From Thermococcus kodakarensis KOD1 (GTDB lineage Archaea > Methanobacteriota_B > Thermococci > Thermococcales > Thermococcaceae), in the NCBI RefSeq assembly GCF_000009965.1, contig NC_006624.1:1410001-1442000 (forward strand): a stretch of DNA of 32,000 nt. The letters run 5' to 3'. Below are positions 8,467 through 17,500 of the stretch, piece after piece. Numbering within the stretch: position 1 is the first letter of the stretch; each line of letters starts with the position of its first letter. The notes beneath the pieces are model-generated. The model did no database searches and was not told the origin of the DNA. It saw nothing but the letters and a program-made list of their open reading frames with translations. Made by a program: the position numbers and the translations under genes.

Positions 8467-10268
8467 CACTCCTCCCTCCCGGTGAGGATTTCAATGGCGT
8501 TGAAGCGGCACACTTCGTAGCAGGTACCGCACTTGATGCACGCCTCTTGGTCAATGAAGTGGGGCTTGAGCCTCTCGCCGCTGATGGCATTGGCCGGGCA
8601 GAAGATGGCGCAGGCGGTGCAGCCCGTACACTTATCCGTTATTATGACGTACCTTATGAGCGGCTTGCAGACCTTCGCCGGACAGCGGCCGTTTATGTGC
8701 TCTATGTATTCTTCCCTGAAGTAGCGGAGCGTCGTTAGAACCGGGTTCGGGGCGGTCTGCCCGAGACCGCAGAGCGAGCCGGCCTTAACCTGATAGGCGA
8801 GCCGCTCAAGCTTTTCAAGGTCCTCCTCGGTCGCCTCTCCCCTAGTGAACCTGTCAAGGATTTCCCACATCCTCTTGGTGCCTATGCGGCAGAAGGTGCA
8901 CTTACCGCAGGACTCCTTGACCGTGAAGTCGAGGAAGAACTTGGCGACGTCAACCATACAGGTGTCCTCGTCCATAACCACCATTCCGCCGCTTCCCATT
9001 ATCGCTCCCGTTGCATTCACGCTCTCGTAGTCAACGGGAGTGTCGAAGAGCTCCTCTGGTATGCAGCCGCCGGAAGGCCCGCCGAGCTGAACAGCTTTAA
9101 TCCTCTTACCCGTCTTCGTCCCGCCGCCTATCTCGTAGAGTATCTCCCTAAGCGTGATTCCCATCGGAACCTCAACGTTGCCGCCGTGCTTTATCTTGCC
9201 CGACAGCGCGAAGACCTTGGTGCCCTTGCTCTTCTCCGTCCCAAGTGAGGCGTAGGCCTCCCAGCCATGCCTTATTATCCAGGGCACGTTCGCCCAAGTC
9301 TCCACGTTGTTTATGTTGGTTGGTTTGCCCCACAGGCCCTTCTGGGCAGGATAAGGCGGCCTCGGCCTCGGCATTCCGCGCTTGCCCTCTATGGAGGCAA
9401 TCAGGGCAGTCTCCTCACCGCAAACGAAGGCACCGGCGCCCTCTTTGATGACGATGTCGAAGGAGAAACCGCTCCCGAGGATGTTCTCGCCGAGGAAGCC
9501 CCTCTCCCTAGCCTGTTTCAGGGCTATCTTTAGCCTTCTTATCGCCAGCGGGTACTCGGCACGGACGTATATGAAGCCCTTCGTTGCCCCGATCGCGTAG
9601 GCGCCGATTATCATTCCCTCGATCACGCGGTGTGGATCCCCTTCAAGGACGTTCCTGTCCATAAATGCCCCAGGATCGCCTTCGTCGGCGTTGCAGATAA
9701 CGTACTTCTCGTCTCCCGGGGCTTGGCGAGTGAACTTCCACTTCAGGCCGGTGGGGAAGCCCGCGCCTCCCCTACCCCTCAGGCCAGACTTGGTGATTAT
9801 TTCAATTATCTCCTCCGGATCCATCTTAAGGGCCTTTTTAAGCGCCTCGTAGCCGCCTGCCTGGATGTACTCGTCTATGTTCTCGGGGTCGATGTAGCCA
9901 GAGTTCTCGAGGACTATCTTCTTCTGCTTGGCGAAGTAACCATCCACGTCCCACGTCTTCCTCTCGCCGTTCTCCCACCAGTCGCGCTTGACTATCCACT
10001 CCTTTATGGGCCTCCCGTTGATGACGTGCTCCTCTATGATCCTCGGAACCTTCTTTGGGTCAACGTGGCCGTAGGTTATGATTTCGTCCTCAGTGATTAT
10101 GTCCACGAGGGGCTCGCGGTAGCACATACCGACGCAGCCGACTATCTTGAGCTTGATGTTGAGGTTCCTCTTCTCCAGCTCCGCCTTAATTGCCTCGTAG
10201 GTCTCCCTGGCACCGGCCGCTATACCACAGGAGTTCATGCCGACCGCTATGGCCTTGATCTCAGACAT
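8466..10268 (-). CDS. NuoF/HydB-like NADH- and FMN-binding FeS subunit with a C-terminal 2x[4Fe-4S] ferredoxin domain
   Basis: GRGGAGFPTGLKW is the FMN/NADH site. CGKCTFCRIG...SLCGLG is the N3-type 4Fe-4S cluster. CTGCTACAIFCP and CIKCGTCYEVC form the C-terminal ferredoxin domain. The N-terminus has a thioredoxin-like segment with Cys residues. Confidence 0.85.
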   Translation of the reverse strand: MSEIKAIAVGMNSCGIAAGARETYEAIKAELEKRNLNIKLKIVGCVGMCYREPLVDIITEDEIITYGHVDPKKVPRIIEEHVINGRPIKEWIVKRDWWENGERKTWDVDGYFAKQKKIVLENSGYIDPENIDEYIQAGGYEALKKALKMDPEEIIEIITKSGLRGRGGAGFPTGLKWKFTRQAPGDEKYVICNADEGDPGAFMDRNVLEGDPHRVIEGMIIGAYAIGATKGFIYVRAEYPLAIRRLKIALKQARERGFLGENILGSGFSFDIVIKEGAGAFVCGEETALIASIEGKRGMPRPRPPYPAQKGLWGKPTNINNVETWANVPWIIRHGWEAYASLGTEKSKGTKVFALSGKIKHGGNVEVPMGITLREILYEIGGGTKTGKRIKAVQLGGPSGGCIPEELFDTPVDYESVNATGAIMGSGGMVVMDEDTCMVDVAKFFLDFTVKESCGKCTFCRIGTKRMWEILDRFTRGEATEEDLEKLERLAYQVKAGSLCGLGQTAPNPVLTTLRYFREEYIEHINGRCPAKVCKPLIRYVIITDKCTGCTACAIFCPANAISGERLKPHFIDQEACIKCGTCYEVCRFNAIEILTGREE

Positions 10269-10725
10269 CGAGCTTCCCCTCCTTGAGTTGCTTGACCAGC
10301 TTCCTCACCTTGTCGGGCGTGAGCTTGCCGAAGACCTTCTCGTTGATCATTATTACCGGCGCGAGGCTGCAACAGCCGAGGCAGGCGACGCGCTCAAGCG
10401 TTACAAGCCCGTCCTCTGTCGTCTGTCCTTCCTCTATGCCGAGCTCCTCCTTTAGGGCCTGGGCTATGTTGACGGCACCGTTGACGTGGCACGCTGTCCC
10501 GTGGCACACCTTCACCACGTACTTCCCGAGCGGCTCAAAGCGGAACTGCGCGTAGAAGGTGGCAACGCCGTAGACCCTGCTGAGCGGAATTCCAAGGTAG
10601 TTCGCAATCTCCTCAAGAACTTCCCGCGGGAGATAGCCGAAGCGCTCCTGCGTCCTCTGGAGGAGGGGAATAAGCGAGCTCGGCTCGGGTGGATAAGAGC
10701 GGATGTAATCTAAGCCAGCCCCCAT
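10261..10725 (-). CDS. NuoE/HydC-like thioredoxin-fold [2Fe-2S] subunit
   Basis: CHGTACHV...CLGCCSLAP is the 24-kDa-subunit Cys pattern. ATG 10725 lies behind GGGTGAG; the longer ORF starts at GTG 10734. It overlaps the NuoF-like start by 8 nt. Confidence 0.8.
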   Translation of the reverse strand: MGAGLDYIRSYPPEPSSLIPLLQRTQERFGYLPREVLEEIANYLGIPLSRVYGVATFYAQFRFEPLGKYVVKVCHGTACHVNGAVNIAQALKEELGIEEGQTTEDGLVTLERVACLGCCSLAPVIMINEKVFGKLTPDKVRKLVKQLKEGKLDV

Positions 10726-10771
10726 TTTTCTCACCCATTAATCACATGTTAGAGAAATCTGAGCGGTGATG

Positions 10772-10780
10772 TTTATAAAA
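10772..10780 (-). promoter_or_regulatory. Candidate TATA box for the three-gene oxidoreductase operon
   Basis: It reads TTTTATAAA on the minus strand and lies about 45 nt upstream of ATG 10725. Confidence 0.45.
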
Positions 10781-10840
10781 GTGCACTAAAGTACAAGTTT
10801 TTAACAAAAAGTTTAGAACACTAAGTTCAAATCCCCACAG

Positions 10841-10853
10841 ACAAGAAAAATAG
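10841..10853 (-). terminator. Oligo-T terminator after rtcA
   Basis: The minus strand reads CTATTTTTCTTGT, beginning about 7 nt after the TAG stop of rtcA. Confidence 0.4.
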
Positions 10854-10859
10854 AGCAGA

Positions 10860-11945
<1,086 letters not shown>

Positions 11946-11946
11946 T

Positions 11947-11971
11947 CAGTGAAAAGTCCGACCTTTCACTG
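11947..11971. promoter_or_regulatory. Imperfect palindrome CAGTGAAAAG-N5-CCTTTCACTG abutting the RBS/start of ORF 11980
   Basis: Nine of ten arm positions are complementary. It ends 8 nt before ATG 11980 and lies in the rtcA/11980 divergent intergenic region. Confidence 0.3.
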
Positions 11972-11979
11972 GTGGAAGA

Positions 11980-12570
11980 ATGGACGAGCTTGAGTTCTGC
12001 CTGAAGAGCATAAGCTACCCCCTCGGCATGCTCCTCGAAGGGAAGGAGCGCAAAGCTGGAGATGTCGTGAGAGTCTCAAGCAAGGCCATTACCCTCCCAA
12101 AAGTCCCGTTTGCTGCACTCTGCTACTTAACAGGCCTGGCCCTATTCGATTCACTGGAATTGGTTGATAAGAAGAGGCTGGCTGAGGACTACGATGGGTT
12201 GGAGGCCTTTAAAAAGAAGCTCCTCGCCTCAAAGCTCGGGGAAAGCCTAAAGCCATATCTCACAAACCCGGGCCTCTTTATTTCCCCGTTTGAAAGGCTC
12301 TCCTTTGACTGGCTTGAGTTTCAGAAGAGGAAGGAGAAAGTCGAACCGCACCTCAAGCGACTGAGAGAGCTAATTCGGGAAAGCAGGAGCAGGAAGGAGT
12401 ACCTCGAAAGGACTTCGTTCGTGAGAGAACTGACCGTTGATGAAGGACTTCTTTTGGGATATCTAGCGGAAAGCGAGAAGGAACGCGAGCTGATAAACTC
12501 TGCACTCGGAAAGCACAACCATGACTACCGGGAAATGGCGAAGATGTACTTCAAAGCCCTTCGAGGTTGA
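11980..12570 (+). CDS. Hypothetical protein (196 aa), largely helical with a basic/acidic C-terminal half
   Basis: ATG start behind GGTGG. The ORF has normal codon usage. No motif recognised. Confidence 0.5.
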   Translation: MDELEFCLKSISYPLGMLLEGKERKAGDVVRVSSKAITLPKVPFAALCYLTGLALFDSLELVDKKRLAEDYDGLEAFKKKLLASKLGESLKPYLTNPGLFISPFERLSFDWLEFQKRKEKVEPHLKRLRELIRESRSRKEYLERTSFVRELTVDEGLLLGYLAESEKERELINSALGKHNHDYREMAKMYFKALRG

Positions 12571-13405
12571 GTCTAACTGCCAGCTTAAGGGCTTCTTCCC
12601 TCTCCACTTTCCACTTCTCCACGATCGCCTCAACAAGGCGAACGAGTGCTCTAACGTTCTGCATATTGAGCTTTTCAGGGGGATATGAGGAGAAAAACGA
12701 AGGATCAACGTCAATTCCGAGCCTTGAAGAGAGTTCCGCCGAGAACTCCTCAACAGTGAGCGGCGGCAATCTCACGACAACCGCAAAGTCGAGGAAGGAG
12801 TATCTCCTCGCGTCTTTGGTCTCGACCACAACTGGGTAATCCCTCTCCTCGGCGAGAAGTTCGGCGACTTTCTCAACGGGTGGCTCTCTGAGAAGGAGAG
12901 CGTTTTCAGGAAGGAACTCCGAAATGTCCCTGCCAGAAAGGTTCTCCACGAGGGTGTCGACCCCCAGGGAGAGAACCTCCTCGGGCTCGGGAAGACTCCC
13001 GGTTTCCTCTTTTTGCGGCGGTTTCTCAACCTCTTTTCCAGCGATTGAAGAGTACAGGCTCTCACTGACGAGGGTTATCTGATACAGCGTTTCAACGCCG
13101 TCCAGGTAGAGGATGCCGTTGGAGAGTAGCCTAAGACCAAGCCTGGCAAGTGCCGAGCTAAGGGCCGTCTCGCTTCTCGTTGTTATAGCTTTTCTGTCGC
13201 CAACTGGTTCAGTTCCCCTGCTTACCAGCCGGTAGTCGGTAGGGAAGAGGCCCTTCGCGTTGAAGAACTCCTCAAGGACCCGCTTAGCCCTCTCCTCACT
13301 GACGGCATAGATTCGGACGAACTCAACGCTGTCCCTCTCGTCCACCCCTATGAGGACGACGGCATCCCGCCGCTCCTTTGGAAGGAGTATGTCCTCCATT
13401 TTCAC
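12551..13405 (-). CDS. Hypothetical two-domain protein (284 aa) with a central acidic, Pro-rich linker
   Basis: ATG start 22 nt downstream of the phosphoesterase stop on the same strand. The linker is KEVEKPPQKEETGSLPEPEE. No motif recognised. Confidence 0.5.
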   Translation of the reverse strand: MKMEDILLPKERRDAVVLIGVDERDSVEFVRIYAVSEERAKRVLEEFFNAKGLFPTDYRLVSRGTEPVGDRKAITTRSETALSSALARLGLRLLSNGILYLDGVETLYQITLVSESLYSSIAGKEVEKPPQKEETGSLPEPEEVLSLGVDTLVENLSGRDISEFLPENALLLREPPVEKVAELLAEERDYPVVVETKDARRYSFLDFAVVVRLPPLTVEEFSAELSSRLGIDVDPSFFSSYPPEKLNMQNVRALVRLVEAIVEKWKVEREEALKLAVRLNLEGL

Positions 13406-13427
13406 CGCCTTCGGGAAAATTGGAAGA

Positions 13428-13940
13428 TTAAAGGCTCATGGCGCCGAGAAGCTCCCCGTTGTCGATGTTTATTATCTGCACTTCCCTCTTTCTGGTATCG
13501 AGGAGAGCAACGCTCTTCACTCCAGTTACATAGCCGCAGACCTCTCCAGGATTTACGAGGACGGTTCTACCAACTTCCTGTATCTCGTAGCGGTGGGTGT
13601 GACCGACAACGACAACATCGTAGAGCCTGCTGTGGGCGAGGGCCTTGACCAAAACCTCGTTCGTACCGTGCGTTACGGCGATCTTCATCCCATCGGCCTC
13701 AAGCTCTATCAGCTCGTCGTAAATTCCCAAGGCCTCGTAGAGACCCTTTCTCTCGCCGTCGTTGTTGCCAAAGACGCCCTTGAGAGGTGCTTTAAGTTTC
13801 TTAAGCTCCCTGGCAACGAAGGGCGCAACGTAGTCGCCCGCGTGTATAACCAGGTCAACGTTCCTCTCGTTGAAGAACTCAACCGCCTTCCTTATGGCCG
13901 GCAGGTTGTCGTGTGTGTCGCTCATAATCCCGATCAACAT
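13428..13940 (-). CDS. YfcE/MJ0936-type calcineurin-like metallophosphoesterase
   Basis: The motifs MSDTHDN, HAGD, GNND and GHTH occur in canonical order. AGGTGA lies upstream of the ATG. Confidence 0.85.
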   Translation of the reverse strand: MLIGIMSDTHDNLPAIRKAVEFFNERNVDLVIHAGDYVAPFVARELKKLKAPLKGVFGNNDGERKGLYEALGIYDELIELEADGMKIAVTHGTNEVLVKALAHSRLYDVVVVGHTHRYEIQEVGRTVLVNPGEVCGYVTGVKSVALLDTRKREVQIINIDNGELLGAMSL

Positions 13941-14103
13941 CTCTGACTCACCTGGAGTAATTTAGGGAGAAGGCTTATAGGGTTATCGTGAACTGCCCTG
14001 ACAGAATGATCAAAAATGGCCAGCCAATCTCGGTTCATTCAGGCCCAAATGTATTCGGGAAGATTTATTAGACGACGTGACAATCCTTGGAAAGGTGCAA
14101 ATC

Positions 14104-14598
14104 ATGTTCACGGGTAAAGCCCTCATAGCCGTCAAGGTCATGAAGCCATTCGGAGACTGGAAGAGCGGAGATATCGTCCTCGTGGAAGACTGGAAGGCGA
14201 GAGAGCTCTGGGAAGCGGGGGTAGTTGAGATAGTTGACGAGACGGACAAGATAATCGGCGAGATCGATAAGGTCATAGCGGAGGAAAGGGAGAGCGAGCC
14301 CCTGACTCTCCTTCCGGAGGGACTCTACGAGAGGGCCGAGTTCTACGCCTATTACCTCGAGAACTACGTGAGGCTGAACCCAAGGGAGAGCGTCGATACT
14401 ATAAACGTCAAGCTCACCAAACTTGCGAACCTGAGGAAGAAGCTGAGGGATCTAAAGCTCATAAGGTTCAACAAGATTCTGAAAGCCGTGATGCTGAGGC
14501 CAAACAGCCTGGAACTTCTCTCGAGGCTCGCTCCCGAGGAGAGGAGAATATACCTCCAGATGTCGAAGATAAGAAACGAGTGGCTCGGTGATGCCTGA
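14104..14598 (+). CDS. gins23: GINS complex subunit, Gins23-type
   Basis: A small helical protein immediately upstream of mcm and translationally coupled to it (TGATG), the arrangement known for Pyrococcus/Thermococcus Gins23. ATG 14104 lies behind GGAAAGGTG; the ORF extends upstream to 14077. Confidence 0.65.
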   Translation: MFTGKALIAVKVMKPFGDWKSGDIVLVEDWKARELWEAGVVEIVDETDKIIGEIDKVIAEERESEPLTLLPEGLYERAEFYAYYLENYVRLNPRESVDTINVKLTKLANLRKKLRDLKLIRFNKILKAVMLRPNSLELLSRLAPEERRIYLQMSKIRNEWLGDA

Positions 14599-17500
14599 TG
14601 GACAGGGAAGAGATGATAGCACGCTTTGCCAAGTTTCTGCGGGAGTACGTTGACGATGAGGGCAACGAGGTTTACATAAACCGCCTCAAAGACCTCCTCA
14701 CGGTCACACCAAAGCGCTCGCTGGCAATCGACTGGGCACACCTTAACTCCTTCGATCCCGAGCTTGCCGACGAACTCTTAAACAACCCGGAAGAGGCCAT
14801 AGCGAGTGCCGAGGATGCCATCCAGATAGTCCTAAGGGAGCCGCCTCTCCTCGTGGAGAGGGAGTTTAAAGTCCACGCCCGCTTCTACAACCTTCCGAAG
14901 ACCCTCCTCGTCAAGGAGCTCGGAAGCGAGCACATAAACAAGCTCATCCAGGTAGAGGGAATAATCACGCGTGTGAGCGAGGTCAAGCCCTTCGTTGAGA
15001 AGGCCGTTTTCGTGTGCCGTGACTGCGGCAACGAGATGGTGAGACTTCAGAGACCCTACGAGAACCTCGTTAAGCCGGCCAAGTGCGACGCCTGCGGAAG
15101 CAGAAACATAGAGCTTGACGTTGACAAGAGCCGCTTCCTCAACTTCCAGAGCTTCCGCCTTCAGGACAGGCCAGAGAGCCTCAAGGGCGGCCAGATGCCG
15201 CGCTTCGTTGATGCAATACTCCTTGATGACCTCGTGGATGCCGCCCTTCCCGGTGACAGGGTTCTCGTTACGGGCGTTCTGAGGGTCATCCTGGAACAGA
15301 GGGAGAAGAGGCCCATATTCAAGAAGATTCTTGAGGTAAACCACATTGAACAGCTCAGCAAGGAGATAGAGGAGCTGGAAATCTCACCGGAAGACGAGCA
15401 GAAGATAAGGGAACTGGCAAAGAGGAAGGACATCGTTGATGCCATCGTTGATTCGATAGCCCCCGCCATCTGGGGACACAGGATAGTCAAGAAGGGGATA
15501 GCTCTGGCACTCTTCGGTGGCGTCCAGAGGACTCTCCCAGACGGAACGAAGCTGAGGGGAGAAAGCCACGTTCTTTTGGTTGGAGATCCTGGAGTAGCCA
15601 AGAGCCAGCTCCTCCGTTACGTCGCCAATCTGGCTCCAAGGGCTATTTACACGAGCGGGAAGAGTTCATCGGCGGCGGGCCTATGTGTTGCACCGGATTC
15701 AATAATCAAAACGAATCTTGGACAGTTCAAAATAGGAGAGCTGGTTGAAAAGGCCATACCAGAAAAAGTTCAGGACTACAAGAGCGTTAATGCCGAAAAG
15801 CTCGGACTCTACATTAAAACACTGGATGGTGATATGAGAGTCCTTAGACTGTGGAAGCTCAGAGCCCCAGAGAAGCTGATAAGAATAGAAGGAGACGGAT
15901 TGAGTATTACAGTGACACCCGAGACCAAGCTCCTGACTCCCAACGGATGGGTAGAGGCCAGAAACGTCGATGGAGAAGTCGTCACTGAAAATGGCCCAGT
16001 CAAGGTCTCCAAACAGGAAATTGAATCTCCCCACGATTACGTCTACGACCTCACCGTTGAAGGTTCTCACAGCTTCATAGCAAACGGTTTCGTCGTCCAC
16101 AACACTGCAGCAGCCGTCCGCGATGAGTTCACGGGCTCCTGGGTGCTGGAAGCGGGTGTTTTGGTTCTCGCCGATGGCGGATTCGCCCTAATTGACGAGT
16201 TCGACAAGATGAGCGACCGCGACAGGAGCGCGATACACGAAGCGCTGGAGCAGCAGAGCTACCACCACGACTTTGAGCTCCTCTTAGCTGACGGCAGGAA
16301 GGTAAAGATAGGAGAGCTCGTTGATAAGCTCATCGAGAAGAACCGCGATAGGGTGATACTCGGCAAGGACACGGAGATACTTCCCGTTGAGGACATCGAG
16401 CTTCTGGCTTACGATCTCGAGAAGAGGGAGATAGTAAAGGTCAAAGCAGACAGGGTTAGCAGGCACAAGGCCCCAGAGAGGTTCATAAAACTCCGCTTCT
16501 CGAACGGCAGGGAGATTACTGTAACGCCCGAGCACCCAGTTATGGTGTGGGAGAACGGGGAGATAACCGAGAAGCCCGCCGAGAAGATCACACCCGGGGA
16601 CATTGCTCTTGGCGTTCTCAGGTATCCCATTCAAGTGGATGGAAAATTTAAAGAACGCTACAGAGACATGAGAGAAGCCGAAGATTACCAGGATTATCTC
16701 TACTCTCGAGGAGTGGTCTCGAAGATCAAGAGAACTGGCATATACTTCACTGTTGAAAAGGCCAGGAGAGCCCTTCCAAGGGAGCTTGTAAAACCGCTGA
16801 TCAATGCAGGCAAGATACTCCGAGTAACACAGACACCAAAAGAGCGCGCCAGCTTCAATCAAAAGCTCGTGAGGGAAAACATCATCGAAGGTTATCTTCA
16901 GAGGATTATAGAAAGGATGGATGAGCTTGAGAGGCTCTCCAGAGAAGACCCCGCGAAAGCCCTTGAACTCCTGCCAAAGACCCAGCTTTACTATAAGTAC
17001 GGGATAACGTACGGAAAACTCAAAAAGCTCGCAGAAGCCAGAAATTCCTGGGCAGAGGGCATAATACAGAGTGCGGTTGCGGAGAGAATCTCCCTCGCTA
17101 AGAGGGAGCTGGAAGAGTTCTTCAAGTGGTGGAACGCCAACGTGAACTTCCTGAAGGTGAAGTGCGTCGAGGAGATCAAAAACGACCGCTGGGAGTGGGT
17201 CTACGATGTTACGGTTGAGCCGCATCATCTATTCGTTTCCCATGGATTAGTCCTCCACAACACAATCAGCATCTCCAAGGCCGGAATTACCGCAACTCTG
17301 AACTCAAGAACGACCGTCATAGCGGCGGCCAATCCAAAGTTCGGAAGGTTCAACAGACACAAGAGCCTCCCGGAGCAGCTCGACCTCCCGCCGACCCTTC
17401 TCAGCCGTTTCGACCTGATATTCCTGCTCCTCGACGAGCCCGACGAGAAAGTAGACGCCAGCATAGCCGAGCACATCCTCAAGGTCAGAAGGGGCGAAGC

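Noticed and set aside
10821-10840. GTTCAAATCCCC, which resembles a tRNA T-loop/T-stem 3' half. It could be a tRNA gene or an integrase att remnant.
   Set aside because: The five bases upstream (CTAAG) cannot pair with CCCCA to form a T-stem. No acceptor, D or anticodon arm can be built on either strand. At 12 nt it is too short to call an att site without a second copy.
13990-14060. A C/D-box-like string (CTGA...AATGATCA) in the 160-nt phosphoesterase/gins23 intergenic region, as a possible small guide RNA.
   Set aside because: The C box has a mismatch (AUGAUCA, not RUGAUGA). No downstream D box (CUGA) lies at the right distance on either strand. The terminal stem and the C'/D' boxes are absent. 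The region is better explained by two divergent promoters (CTATAAG on the minus strand and ATTTATTA on the plus strand).
13941-14103. A replication origin next to the mcm/gins genes.
   Set aside because: I found no ORB or mini-ORB-like repeats and no extended AT-rich unwinding element. In the Thermococcales, oriC is known to sit beside orc1/cdc6, not beside mcm.
16284-17228. A 314-aa antisense ORF lying almost exactly within MCM intein 2. It is tempting to read it as an intein-encoded gene on the opposite strand.
   Set aside because: Long stop-free antisense frames occur opposite many highly expressed GC-rich genes in this window. They arise because the sense codons TTA, CTA and TCA are rare. 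The predicted protein is low-complexity (Leu/Pro/Val-rich), has no motif and has no RBS or promoter.
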